Sequence record: MT446422.1
DNA length: 64,000 nucleotides
From: Escherichia virus TH57
Reading direction: 5' to 3' (one strand)
The notes beneath the pieces are model-generated. The model had not been told where the DNA came from, did not search any database, and saw nothing but the letters and a program-made list of their open reading frames with translations. Each line of letters opens with the position of its first letter. The stretch's first letter is position 1. Both the position numbers and the translations under genes were made by a program. Positions 53,776 to 62,352 of this stretch are shown piece by piece.

Positions 53776-54045
53776 ATGATTAAGCATTTCAATGTGTCAG
53801 ACCGTGACATCAAAGTTTCAAATCTCCGGGGTCACCATTACGCAGGAATAGTTTACTGTGGCAAGCTCATCAAGCATGAAGGTGATGTTCACTATGGCTG
53901 GTTGGAATGTGATGAAGTAGTTGTTGGGGAATTCCCTGACCCGGATTCTGATACATTTGATGCTAATGACCGTTTGTATTATGGCGAGCTTCATATCCGG
54001 GGAATCGTCGGTATCGATGAGGTAAAAGATGATTCAGAAGAGTAA
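53776..54045 (+). CDS. hypothetical protein
   Basis: 89-aa ORF. Confidence 0.5.
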   Translation: MIKHFNVSDRDIKVSNLRGHHYAGIVYCGKLIKHEGDVHYGWLECDEVVVGEFPDPDSDTFDANDRLYYGELHIRGIVGIDEVKDDSEE

Positions 54046-54622
54046 AACATGGGAGCATCTGAAAAAGATGCCCTCCTTTCTTTATACAAAGGAAGACTTA
54101 ACACCTGAATCCCTACAAAAGATTGTAGACACGGCCAGGTATTCATTGCGTAAAGACCCAGGTCAAGACCGTGAGCAAGTCATGCAAAGATGTATGGTGG
54201 CTACAATGGCAGAACAAGCTATTGCTAAATGGACCTCCGGCTTTTTATGCGGCGGTGATGAAGATTACGATAATCCTTATTCCTTTGCATTTGATGTAGT
54301 TTCGAAGGAAGGGGTAAGAATCGAAGTCAAGACCCACCAGTCTGGTTCCAAATGGATATCCGTGCATACTGGTAGTCAGGGCGATTATCCACATGGTTAC
54401 GGGATTAATCTTGGTCCTTTTATGCAACACAAGCTTGCTGACCTTATGATTATGTTTAATGTAAAAGAGACTATCAAAGGTTATAGATTTAAACCAAAAT
54501 TCCTTGCTGGGCCTGGGGCTTTTGTTCCTGAGTCCGGTCTTGTGCAGAAGTCACAAGGGGATGGCTGGTACCTCCGTTCTTGTTCAGAAGAAAAATTCCC
54601 CTATCACCGGTTTACAAGCTGA
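54029..54622 (+). CDS. hypothetical protein (possibly denB-like by position)
   Basis: 197-aa ORF between rIIB and ndd; no motif recognised. Confidence 0.45.
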   Translation: MIQKSKTWEHLKKMPSFLYTKEDLTPESLQKIVDTARYSLRKDPGQDREQVMQRCMVATMAEQAIAKWTSGFLCGGDEDYDNPYSFAFDVVSKEGVRIEVKTHQSGSKWISVHTGSQGDYPHGYGINLGPFMQHKLADLMIMFNVKETIKGYRFKPKFLAGPGAFVPESGLVQKSQGDGWYLRSCSEEKFPYHRFTS

Positions 54623-54669
54623 ACCAACCATGTAATAATGTCCTCACACCAACAAATGAGGACATTATC

Positions 54670-54945
54670 ATGGACCACGTTACTACTCACAACATTAAAC
54701 AAATTCTTATTCAAGCACTCAAAAACAACAACATCAATTTTCCAACCCATGAAATTTTTGATGTGGTATTCAACGAAGTCCAGGGTCAAGTTGCATATTA
54801 TGACGTTATCGTTTATCTTTCAGAATTTGAAGTCTACCACCTGACTGAAATCGCTTTCTATCTCTATCGTGGAACAGCAGATTTTACTGGTGTCGTGAAT
54901 GCAGTTGGCGCATATAAAGAAGTTAAAGAACAAATGCACAATTAA
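54670..54945 (+). CDS. hypothetical protein
   Basis: 91 aa from in-frame ATG. Confidence 0.45.
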   Translation: MDHVTTHNIKQILIQALKNNNINFPTHEIFDVVFNEVQGQVAYYDVIVYLSEFEVYHLTEIAFYLYRGTADFTGVVNAVGAYKEVKEQMHN

Positions 54946-54955
54946 TTAAAAAGTA

Positions 54956-55019
54956 GTGTACATCAGTATGGAGTCTATGTATAATGATTCCATACTGAGT
55001 TACCAAACTGGAGAATAAA
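54956..55019 (+). promoter_or_regulatory. early promoter cassette, CCATACTGAGTTACC leader type
   Basis: AAAAAGTAGTGTAC, 18 bp, TATAAT, GATTCCATACTGAGTTACCAAACTGGAGAATAAA ATG; AGTATGGA...TCCATACT inverted repeat around -10. Confidence 0.6.
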
Positions 55020-55175
55020 ATGAAACCTGCTCAATATGCAATGACTTTATACCTTGAAGTTAATGGCGATATTACTGAATTTTTTAAATTAATGCAACAG
55101 CGTGGAAAAAGTTTTGCAGTTACTGAGCGTCAATTTTACGCTTGCCGTAAAAATACATACAATCGTTATGCATGA
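55020..55175 (+). CDS. hypothetical small protein
   Basis: 51 aa directly after conserved leader; not in track. Confidence 0.4.
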   Translation: MKPAQYAMTLYLEVNGDITEFFKLMQQRGKSFAVTERQFYACRKNTYNRYA

Positions 55176-55185
55176 GGAAAATAAA

Positions 55186-55452
55186 ATGGATATTAAATTA
55201 TACTACGCCAAACACAAAGTTACAGGTATGGTTGTTGCCGCTATGTATGATGCGTCAGGTGATGGTGATGATGTTACCACAGAATTGTCTCTTTCTGATT
55301 GTAAATTTCTTCGTCCATTGATTGCATCAAAGGAAGATTTGGAAAAGCTTATTGATGGAAAACTGGATAATGTTGATGGCATAGATATTCTTTATGACCT
55401 TCGCACCGCATTGCACAGGGGTCTGATTGAAATAAAAGAGGTGATATTTTGA
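55186..55452 (+). CDS. hypothetical protein
   Basis: 88 aa from ATG with GAGGAAAA SD. Confidence 0.45.
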   Translation: MDIKLYYAKHKVTGMVVAAMYDASGDGDDVTTELSLSDCKFLRPLIASKEDLEKLIDGKLDNVDGIDILYDLRTALHRGLIEIKEVIF

Positions 55453-55542
55453 GCAGCAAAACCTGGTGTCTTATCTGGATGCTGTGTATCCCAGTAATTT
55501 GCGTTTGTTTTAGTTTATTATTAATGAAACTTGCATAAAAGA

Positions 55543-55597
55543 GTGTACATCTCCGGTGGTTGTAGTATAATGAACCTATCAACTACTGGAGATGATT
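55543..55597 (+). promoter_or_regulatory. early promoter cassette, CATCAACTACTG leader type
   Basis: GTGTAC, 17 bp, TATAAT, GAACCTATCAACTACTGGAGATGATT ATG. Confidence 0.55.
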
Positions 55598-55714
55598 ATG
55601 AAAAAGTTACTTAAAGCCATTTGGAACATGTTTGTATTGTTTGTTGTCCTGAGCATTTTCCCAATTGTTTTTATGATTGACCATGTGCGCGTTTACTTTA
55701 ACTATTTCTTTTGA
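55598..55714 (+). CDS. hypothetical small membrane protein
   Basis: 38 aa, one TM segment; not in track. Confidence 0.35.
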   Translation: MKKLLKAIWNMFVLFVVLSIFPIVFMIDHVRVYFNYFF

Positions 55715-55724
55715 GGATAATATT

Positions 55725-55931
55725 ATGAATTACAATTCACAATTTCAGAAATCCAATCGTCGCTTTGACTTTATGTTCAAGTTTATTGTGGCGATGATTA
55801 TCCTGATTTTCATTGGTGCCATTGCAATGATTAGTTTCCAGCTCTGGATTGCTGCTGAAGTGTTCACACAAATCCAGGATAATGGTTTGAAGTCTGTTGT
55901 TGATGTAATTTGGAATGGAGCTAAGCAATGA
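55725..55931 (+). CDS. hypothetical membrane protein
   Basis: 68 aa from ATG with GAGGATAA SD. Confidence 0.45.
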   Translation: MNYNSQFQKSNRRFDFMFKFIVAMIILIFIGAIAMISFQLWIAAEVFTQIQDNGLKSVVDVIWNGAKQ

Positions 55932-56173
55932 AACTTTTTAAAGACATTGCAGTTGGTGAAAAATTTGTCCTGGGTAATGGTCAACAACTGATTCGCATTT
56001 CGCCTTTAATGGATAACAGCGAGCGCCCCGTGCGCACTGAAAACTGTTTGGATTATCCTTTTTATCAGAAGCGTTTTGCAATTGAAAATAATACTGAGTG
56101 CTTCACAGTTGATGAACTGATGGAATCATCAGAAGAAGTTGACTTGTGGGATGGCGCAGTAGACCCTGAATAA
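55928..56173 (+). CDS. hypothetical protein
   Basis: 81-aa ORF, ATGA overlap. Confidence 0.5.
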   Translation: MKLFKDIAVGEKFVLGNGQQLIRISPLMDNSERPVRTENCLDYPFYQKRFAIENNTECFTVDELMESSEEVDLWDGAVDPE

Positions 56174-56188
56174 ATTGAGGAAATCATT

Positions 56189-56530
56189 ATGTCTAAATTA
56201 TTTTTTGGTAATGCCAATGTTATGTTCTTTAAGAACCTTAGTCTCCAAGATGCAGCTTTATGTAATCAAGGGCAGATTCCAGGGTTACATTTAAAAACTG
56301 TAATGAGCACAGATTTTGTTTTTGTTCAAGACCCTGATACAGGTTTTTACAGATTTATTAAATTCCGTATGTGCATGGACCCCGACTATCGCAATGCTTA
56401 CTATGTAAGTTATGAAAATGTTATTAAAGAATTACGTAATACCTATGGATATGCTTTGATAAACCTGAATAAGGTGTATAACGCTACTTGTTACACCCCC
56501 GAATTTATTTTAGAACAACTTCAAAAATAG
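56189..56530 (+). CDS. hypothetical protein
   Basis: 113-aa ORF with GAGGAAA SD. Confidence 0.5.
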   Translation: MSKLFFGNANVMFFKNLSLQDAALCNQGQIPGLHLKTVMSTDFVFVQDPDTGFYRFIKFRMCMDPDYRNAYYVSYENVIKELRNTYGYALINLNKVYNATCYTPEFILEQLQK

Positions 56531-56603
56531 TGTACAAACTCATGGGGTCAGAGTATAATGACCCCACTGGAGCACAAAACTTTAACTTACTGAGGAAATT
56601 AAT
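56530..56603 (+). promoter_or_regulatory. early promoter cassette with inverted repeat around -10
   Basis: GTGTAC; GGGGTCA-GAGTATAAT-GACCCC; CACTGGAGCACAAAAC leader. Confidence 0.55.
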
Positions 56604-57053
56604 ATGACTACTTACATGACCCGTCGTGACGTACTGAATGCTGGCGCTACCACTGTTGCTCACATCCATAATGGCAATTATGTTGTAGGGCGTCCAACTA
56701 AAGAAGCTATCACCCAACCAGGTTTTTATTTCGTGGTTAAAGGTGAAGGCGAATCACGTATTGTTGCTGCACGTTTTTACGTTGGTAACCAACGTTCACA
56801 ACAAGGGTTTGACACTGTATTAAGTCACATCCGCAAACAGCGTTCACAACTGTCGCGCACAATGGCGAACAATGGTGTTATCTATGAAGTCCTGTTTGTT
56901 CCAGTTTCTAAAATGAAACCTTTGACAACTGGTTATGGTAAAGGTCAAATTGCGATGGCGTTCACACGCTCACATAGTTCTGATTGTCAGACCCTTTCAG
57001 AAATGAATCGCATGCTTGCTGATAACTTTAAATTCATTTTGCAGAGCTATTAA
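56604..57053 (+). CDS. ndd: nucleoid disruption protein Ndd
   Basis: 149 aa; [14 protein letters not shown]...[12 protein letters not shown]...[11 protein letters not shown] matches recalled T4 Ndd. Confidence 0.9.
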   Translation: MTTYMTRRDVLNAGATTVAHIHNGNYVVGRPTKEAITQPGFYFVVKGEGESRIVAARFYVGNQRSQQGFDTVLSHIRKQRSQLSRTMANNGVIYEVLFVPVSKMKPLTTGYGKGQIAMAFTRSHSSDCQTLSEMNRMLADNFKFILQSY

Positions 57054-57054
57054 T

Positions 57055-57135
57055 ATGAGTAATTTCCATAATGAACATGTGATGCAATGGCATCGTCATA
57101 ATCTGAAATTAACCGGCGTCTTTGGGCGCCCTTGA
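57055..57135 (+). CDS. stp: Stp peptide (PrrC anticodon-nuclease activator)
   Basis: 26 aa [26 protein letters not shown], near-identical to recalled T4 Stp; not in track. Confidence 0.8.
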   Translation: MSNFHNEHVMQWHRHNLKLTGVFGRP

Positions 57136-57142
57136 GGAAAAT

Positions 57143-57298
57143 ATGAATAAATTTGTTTATAGTGTAGCTTTTTTCTGTTGGTCATTTGTATTTGTTGGAA
57201 CATTATTAACTGGAGAAACTTCAGTATTTTCACAGGCGATTGCTCAAGGTACCGTAGCGGTTTTATCACTATTTAAATTATTGGATAAAAATGATTAA
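57143..57298 (+). CDS. ac: Ac-like small membrane protein (positional)
   Basis: 51 aa, membrane; position between stp and 52; same length as T4 Ac; not in track. Confidence 0.5.
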   Translation: MNKFVYSVAFFCWSFVFVGTLLTGETSVFSQAIAQGTVAVLSLFKLLDKND

Positions 57299-57431
57299 GA
57301 AAATCTTGGGCTACTCATTAGCCCTTGCTACCTTATTGGTGGCGCTGTATTATGGAGTTGTATTTGCATTAGTGCAGGTTGTGCTTTTTATTTCTGATGC
57401 TATAATGGCAGTACATTCGTTAATCTGGTAA
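57291..57431 (+). CDS. hypothetical small membrane protein (52.1 position)
   Basis: 46 aa; not in track. Confidence 0.4.
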   Translation: MIKKILGYSLALATLLVALYYGVVFALVQVVLFISDAIMAVHSLIW

Positions 57432-57439
57432 GGTGATAT

Positions 57440-58819
57440 ATGTCTGACGTTTTAAGTATGATGTCCAAACAGTTCAGTGATTCCATGGGGTCCCTTAACC
57501 CACGCAGTCTAAAAGACATTATTGATGTGGAAGCATTGTCATATGCTATCTACACTGTGGAAGGTCGTGCCATCCCAAACATGATTGATGGTTTTAAACC
57601 AGTTCACAGATTTGTTATGGCGAGAGCATTAGACCTGGCTCGTGGCGATAAGAATAAATTCCATAAGGTTGCCTCCATTGCAGGTGGCGTAGCTGATTAT
57701 GGTTATCACCATGGCGAAGCATCAGCGGAAGAAGCAACTTCTGGTCTGGTCGCAACATATAAAAATGAATACCCCATGTTTGATGGGCAAGGCAACTTTG
57801 GTTCCAGAATGGTGCCAGAAGCATCATCAGCTCGTTATGTATTCGCAAGGGTTTCAAAGAACTTTTATAACTTGTTTAAGGATACAGAATATGCTCCGGT
57901 CCATCCTGATGAAGAACATAAGCCTCCTGCTTTTTATCTTCCTGTTATTCCTACTGTATTACTTAACGCCACTTCTGGGATTGCTGTTGGCTTCGCTACT
58001 GATATTCTTCCTCATTCGTTCCAGGACGTCAAGGAAGCTGTTAAAGCTATCGTGGAAGGTCGTGAGCCGGTTGCTCCGAAAGTAAAATATCCAGAATTCC
58101 GTGGTGAAGTTGTTGAGCTGGAAGAGCCTGGTAAGTATGAGCTTCATGGCACGTACAAAATGACTTCCAGGACTCAAATGGAAATTACTGAAATCCCGGT
58201 CCAATGGAACCTGGAAAAGTATACAAGTAAAATCCTGGACCCACTGGAAGAGAAAGGTTTTATCACCTGGAAAGATAACTGTGGCGAGCATGGTTTTGGG
58301 TTTAAGATTAAATTCCGTAAGGAATACAAGCTGGATGGCACTGAAGAAGAAAATCATGAGAAAATCATGAAAGACTTTGGTCTGATTGAGAAGCTCTCCC
58401 AGAACTTAACTGTACTTAATCACAAAGGCAAATTGGCTGAATACACCAACACGCTTGACCTGATTCGCGATTTCGTTGATGTCCGTAAGACTTATGTCCA
58501 AGTGCGAATTGACAGTAAGATTAAAGAAACTGAAGCCGCGTTTAAACTGGCCCGAGCAAAAGTCTTCTTTATTAAAGAAGTGATTGATGGTAAGGTTGTT
58601 ATCCAGGGGAAACCTCGTAAGAAGTTGATTGAGGAGCTCCAGGCGAGTGAAATATATGGCGATTATGCAGAGAAGTTAGTGGCGATGAACATCTACCATA
58701 TGACCTCTGATGAAGCCAAGAAGCTTGCAGACGAAGCAAAGGCTAAGAAAGCCGAGCATGAGTACTGGAAGACAACTGATGTTAAAACTGAATACCTTAA
58801 TGATTTGGAGGCTCTATGA
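57440..58819 (+). CDS. 52: DNA topoisomerase II medium subunit gp52 (GyrA-like)
   Basis: 459 aa; matches recalled T4 gp52. Confidence 0.9.
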   Translation: MSDVLSMMSKQFSDSMGSLNPRSLKDIIDVEALSYAIYTVEGRAIPNMIDGFKPVHRFVMARALDLARGDKNKFHKVASIAGGVADYGYHHGEASAEEATSGLVATYKNEYPMFDGQGNFGSRMVPEASSARYVFARVSKNFYNLFKDTEYAPVHPDEEHKPPAFYLPVIPTVLLNATSGIAVGFATDILPHSFQDVKEAVKAIVEGREPVAPKVKYPEFRGEVVELEEPGKYELHGTYKMTSRTQMEITEIPVQWNLEKYTSKILDPLEEKGFITWKDNCGEHGFGFKIKFRKEYKLDGTEEENHEKIMKDFGLIEKLSQNLTVLNHKGKLAEYTNTLDLIRDFVDVRKTYVQVRIDSKIKETEAAFKLARAKVFFIKEVIDGKVVIQGKPRKKLIEELQASEIYGDYAEKLVAMNIYHMTSDEAKKLADEAKAKKAEHEYWKTTDVKTEYLNDLEAL

Positions 58820-58914
58820 GTTTTGGAGTTGAGTTTGCATTGCTTTGTATTTTCGCGGCAATCGCGGGTGTGATTGTTGGTATGTTTATTGGTAATAAGA
58901 TAGATAAAGACTAG
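58816..58914 (+). CDS. hypothetical small membrane peptide
   Basis: 32 aa, ATGA overlap with gene 52 stop; not in track. Confidence 0.3.
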   Translation: MSFGVEFALLCIFAAIAGVIVGMFIGNKIDKD

Positions 58915-58936
58915 GGCCCTTCGGGGTCCTTTTTTA
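58913..58936 (+). terminator. rho-independent terminator
   Basis: GGGCCC-TTCG-GGGTCC (one mismatch) followed by TTTTTT. Confidence 0.65.
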
Positions 58937-58948
58937 TTTTAAAAAGTA

Positions 58949-59027
58949 GTGTACAAGTCCCTTGACCCGATGCATAATGATTCCATACTGAGTTACACAC
59001 TGAATCATAAAAATTTTGGAGAATAAA
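58949..59027 (+). promoter_or_regulatory. early promoter cassette, CCATACTGAGTTAC leader type
   Basis: AAAAAGTAGTGTAC, CATAAT, GATTCCATACTGAGTTACAC...GGAGAATAAA ATG. Confidence 0.55.
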
Positions 59028-59243
59028 ATGTTTACTGCACAACAGAATGAAGGTCAAGAATACATCAACGCCAAATTCAAATCTAACAAAGAAGCTTGTT
59101 ATTACTACTTTGACATGTTCAAACTGGCAAACTCTAAAGAAGAACGTAAACAAGCGATTGATGTTATTGTTTCTACTTCCCATATGAAACGTACTGTGGT
59201 ACAATCATATGCATCAAATTATATGAAATCTATTAAGGGATAA
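59028..59243 (+). CDS. hypothetical protein
   Basis: 71 aa from ATG after leader (track ORF begins at upstream TTG). Confidence 0.5.
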   Translation: MFTAQQNEGQEYINAKFKSNKEACYYYFDMFKLANSKEERKQAIDVIVSTSHMKRTVVQSYASNYMKSIKG

Positions 59244-59245
59244 TT

Positions 59246-59854
59246 GTGAACAAGTTAAATTATATCGTTAAATGCTCCCAGAACGCCTTACATGAGACTG
59301 ATGTCAATGCCCTGGTGTTTGTATACAAAAACAACTTTGTGCGTCCAGAGGTTGTTTTAAACCAGCAGAACACATCAATTGATAGTGTGCAGACATTGTT
59401 GAATAACAACTATGTTGAAGCTTCTGGTGATGGTTTGATGGTTACAGAAAAAGGTGTTGACCTTATTCTGGATGCAGCTGAACTTTGGGCAAATGAAAAT
59501 AATCCTGACCTTCTGGAAGTGAAGAAGACAAGAACAAAACGCGGTGTGACTGATGAAATGGAAGCGACTGCAGAATATATCAAAGAGCAATTGTTGTCTA
59601 TTGGTATTGACTTTAAGAGCATTTCAGAAGACCGCAGCAATCTGATTGTGAAGTTCAAGCGTGTCAAGACATTAAAACAGATTGATGTACGTCGTGATGG
59701 TCAGATTCGCGTGCATGCGTATAATACTGAACAAAAGATAGTAAAACAGTTTACAGACGTGGGATTTAGCGTTAAAGTGGGTGGATTAAATACCTACATT
59801 GACAACGTTATGTCAACTGAAAACATTCAACATGTTATTAACATCTTAAAGTGA
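59246..59854 (+). CDS. motA: middle-transcription activator MotA
   Basis: 202 aa from GTG; SGDGL and NIQHVI regions align with recalled T4 MotA; adjacent to gene 52. Confidence 0.8.
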   Translation: MNKLNYIVKCSQNALHETDVNALVFVYKNNFVRPEVVLNQQNTSIDSVQTLLNNNYVEASGDGLMVTEKGVDLILDAAELWANENNPDLLEVKKTRTKRGVTDEMEATAEYIKEQLLSIGIDFKSISEDRSNLIVKFKRVKTLKQIDVRRDGQIRVHAYNTEQKIVKQFTDVGFSVKVGGLNTYIDNVMSTENIQHVINILK

Positions 59855-59864
59855 GGAAATTGTT

Positions 59865-60041
59865 ATGAACATCTATCTGATTAAGTACCTAAAAGATGGT
59901 AAAGAACGTGATTACCAAATCCCCGCAAAAAATGAATATGATGCGTGTGTTCGCCTTGGTCAGATTCATGGTGATGACCGTGAATATCGCAATGATGTTG
60001 AAATTGAAATCCAATCTGTAACTTTGAAAGTGAGAGGCTAA
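59865..60041 (+). CDS. hypothetical small protein (motA.1 position)
   Basis: 58 aa with GAGGAAA SD; not in track. Confidence 0.4.
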   Translation: MNIYLIKYLKDGKERDYQIPAKNEYDACVRLGQIHGDDREYRNDVEIEIQSVTLKVRG

Positions 60042-60043
60042 TC

Positions 60044-60376
60044 ATGAATAAGCTGAATATTGTTAATGAATTGCGTGCTTGCGTAGAACCTACTCAAGAG
60101 GGTTGGGATGTTTGGTATCATGGCGCTTACCTTGGGACTATTGTCAAGGTCAAAGCTGGTCAGTATCTTATTCACCGCCAGGATGATGCAACAGCACCGT
60201 TTGGCGTCCGCAAGAACTTCATGGCAGCGATTGGCGCCTTTGTTCCAGCAGCATATGAAGTCTATAAAGCTGACTATAAGGAATACCAGGAATCACAACC
60301 AGTTATTCGCTCAATTGGTGTCAATAAAGCTCAACAGAAAAGTCTGTGGCAACGTGTTAAAGGTTGGTTCAAATGA
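60044..60376 (+). CDS. hypothetical protein
   Basis: 110-aa ORF. Confidence 0.5.
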   Translation: MNKLNIVNELRACVEPTQEGWDVWYHGAYLGTIVKVKAGQYLIHRQDDATAPFGVRKNFMAAIGAFVPAAYEVYKADYKEYQESQPVIRSIGVNKAQQKSLWQRVKGWFK

Positions 60377-60711
60377 TTCCTATGGAGCTAAATTGGGATG
60401 GCGAAGGTCATTCCCTTAAATTGATTGAAGAGCAACGTAACGCTTGGGATGAGCGTTGTGCCCTGGTGAATGGTATTAAGGTAATTTATAACCTTCATCT
60501 CCAAATTGATAATATTCCTCTTGAGTTTGGTATGCAGTTATCACGTTTTCTTGAGATTATTACTATAGAAAAAGTATCCATAACTTCATTTGGTGTATGT
60601 CAAACAGTTGATATCAAATTGGCTTCTTCTGATAAAGGCGAGTTGATTGGTATTGGTGATAAAATTCATGAATTCGTGAAATATAATGGTTATAAGGTGA
60701 TTATCAAATGA
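60364..60711 (+). CDS. hypothetical protein
   Basis: 115-aa ORF. Confidence 0.5.
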   Translation: MVQMIPMELNWDGEGHSLKLIEEQRNAWDERCALVNGIKVIYNLHLQIDNIPLEFGMQLSRFLEIITIEKVSITSFGVCQTVDIKLASSDKGELIGIGDKIHEFVKYNGYKVIIK

Positions 60712-61196
60712 ATCCATTAAAAGGTAAAGAATTATCTTTTAAAGACCGTATGGCTTTATTGGATAAAGCTCTTTCTCGTGAGACACCTGAAAGTCTAGCG
60801 GCTAAATTACAGGCATCCGGTGACTATACAGAATATACAGAAGAAGATGTTTTAGAAGAAGTCCCAGAAATCTGTTGGCAGATTGCTCATTGGAACAACA
60901 ATGAAAAATATCAGCGACGAATTGTATGCGCTGCCAACCGCTTTAGATTAAAAGATGGCGGGACTTTGGTTATTCCTGGCGCCAGACATTATTCAAAAGA
61001 TATGGCAGAAGTGCTTGACCAGGTAAGTGATAAACTTGTATCAGACCATGTTTGTGGTGATAATCAAGGATTCATTGACCAATACAGCAATTACTGGACC
61101 CGTGAAGAAGCAATGATTATTGCGACTTATGCAAATCAAGTGCGTATTGAACGTGGTGGTAGTGAAAAAGAACTTTACTCTGAGGACCTTTACTAA
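60708..61196 (+). CDS. hypothetical protein
   Basis: 162-aa ORF, ATGA overlap. Confidence 0.5.
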   Translation: MNPLKGKELSFKDRMALLDKALSRETPESLAAKLQASGDYTEYTEEDVLEEVPEICWQIAHWNNNEKYQRRIVCAANRFRLKDGGTLVIPGARHYSKDMAEVLDQVSDKLVSDHVCGDNQGFIDQYSNYWTREEAMIIATYANQVRIERGGSEKELYSEDLY

Positions 61197-61477
61197 TGAA
61201 TCTTAAACAACTCCAGATTGATGCAATCGAAGCCCATATTAACCATATTAAACGTCTGAATGTTATGCTGGAAGACAACTGGGGAACTTATGTCAACCAA
61301 CCGGCCTGGGATGCATTAGACCATGAATATATAAAGAATATTAGTTCCAAGACAATTCATGGAAATATGGAAGGCCTAAAGCCATTCTTGCGTGATATGT
61401 ATATTGCTACTAATAAAGAAATTATTGGCTCTTTGGAATATCAATTAAGGAAATTGCATGAACAATCTGGTAGCTAA
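61196..61477 (+). CDS. hypothetical protein
   Basis: 93-aa ORF. Confidence 0.5.
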   Translation: MNLKQLQIDAIEAHINHIKRLNVMLEDNWGTYVNQPAWDALDHEYIKNISSKTIHGNMEGLKPFLRDMYIATNKEIIGSLEYQLRKLHEQSGS

Positions 61478-61577
61478 ACACGATTTCAATAAGGCATCTG
61501 TCCATAAGGACAAGAAGAAAAATTTTAAAGAGTCCAATCGCAAACAGAAACATAAGGGTAAAGGCTATGATTACTAA
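61458..61577 (+). CDS. hypothetical small basic protein
   Basis: 39 aa, K-rich; overlaps neighbours; not in track. Confidence 0.25.
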   Translation: MNNLVAKHDFNKASVHKDKKKNFKESNRKQKHKGKGYDY

Positions 61578-61857
61578 ACTCCATACATATCAAGCAACTG
61601 AATTGGTTATTCTTATTGATGAGCTTTTTAAAATCCATGCTTCAGTTCCAGCCGAAATCTATGCAGAAATTCTTTGTGATTTGGATAGCAGCTTTGGCTA
61701 TATTCAACCGGAATATACAATTAGATTCTCTAGTGAACGACCTGGCTACGCTAAAGTGGTTTTTGGTCCTGGATTAGATGAAGAACAAGTATTAAGAGAA
61801 ATTCAAGAAGAAATTGATGATTTTGGTTTAGAAGATTACATCGAGGAATCACTATGA
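61567..61857 (+). CDS. hypothetical acidic protein (possible Arn-like by position)
   Basis: 96 aa, strongly acidic, two ORFs upstream of asiA where T4 encodes Arn. Confidence 0.4.
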   Translation: MITKLHTYQATELVILIDELFKIHASVPAEIYAEILCDLDSSFGYIQPEYTIRFSSERPGYAKVVFGPGLDEEQVLREIQEEIDDFGLEDYIEESL

Positions 61858-62018
61858 GTCATAACTTAGAGAACACCATCACTGGCCAACGTACACACGA
61901 ATCGACTTGCTTTGATGAATTCCTGGGAGCCGATTTTAAGTTCCAGGAACCAGTTGAACAGATGTATCAGGAATATGTTGTACAGATGGAAAATCATGTG
62001 TACAACCCAGAGGAATAA
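61854..62018 (+). CDS. hypothetical small protein (asiA.1 position)
   Basis: 54 aa, ATGA overlap; not in track. Confidence 0.35.
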   Translation: MSHNLENTITGQRTHESTCFDEFLGADFKFQEPVEQMYQEYVVQMENHVYNPEE

Positions 62019-62076
62019 TAGTACAATATCCTTACTGAATAATTGAATGTCTTATTGAATACTTGAGTAAATTAAA

Positions 62077-62352
62077 ATGACTAAATTTGAAATTGTTTCT
62101 GAAATTGTTACTATAACTTCAATTTTGATTAAAACCGACCGGGAAGATATTACGATGAAGCGTGATGTGTTTATCGCGTTTTTGAATGAGTTGGGATTAA
62201 GGAATGAGAATGGTAATGAGTTAAACAATGTATCGTTTAACAAGTTGTTTAAAAGTTTATCTGAAGATGAAATTGAACAAATCATTGAACAATTTAACGA
62301 AGGATTCGAAGATATACACCGATATCTGATGATGTATACCTCCGGATTCTAA
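62077..62352 (+). CDS. asiA: anti-sigma70 factor AsiA
   Basis: 91 aa; ITSILIK..REDI...FIAFLNE...EQFNEGFE..HRYL matches recalled T4 AsiA. Confidence 0.9.
   Translation: MTKFEIVSEIVTITSILIKTDREDITMKRDVFIAFLNELGLRNENGNELNNVSFNKLFKSLSEDEIEQIIEQFNEGFEDIHRYLMMYTSGF

Noticed and set aside
58962-58967. TTGACC sigma70 -35 consensus inside the cassette at 58949
   Set aside because: Only 6 bp from the -10, so it cannot act as a -35; the GTGTAC 19 bp upstream of the -10 is the likely -35.
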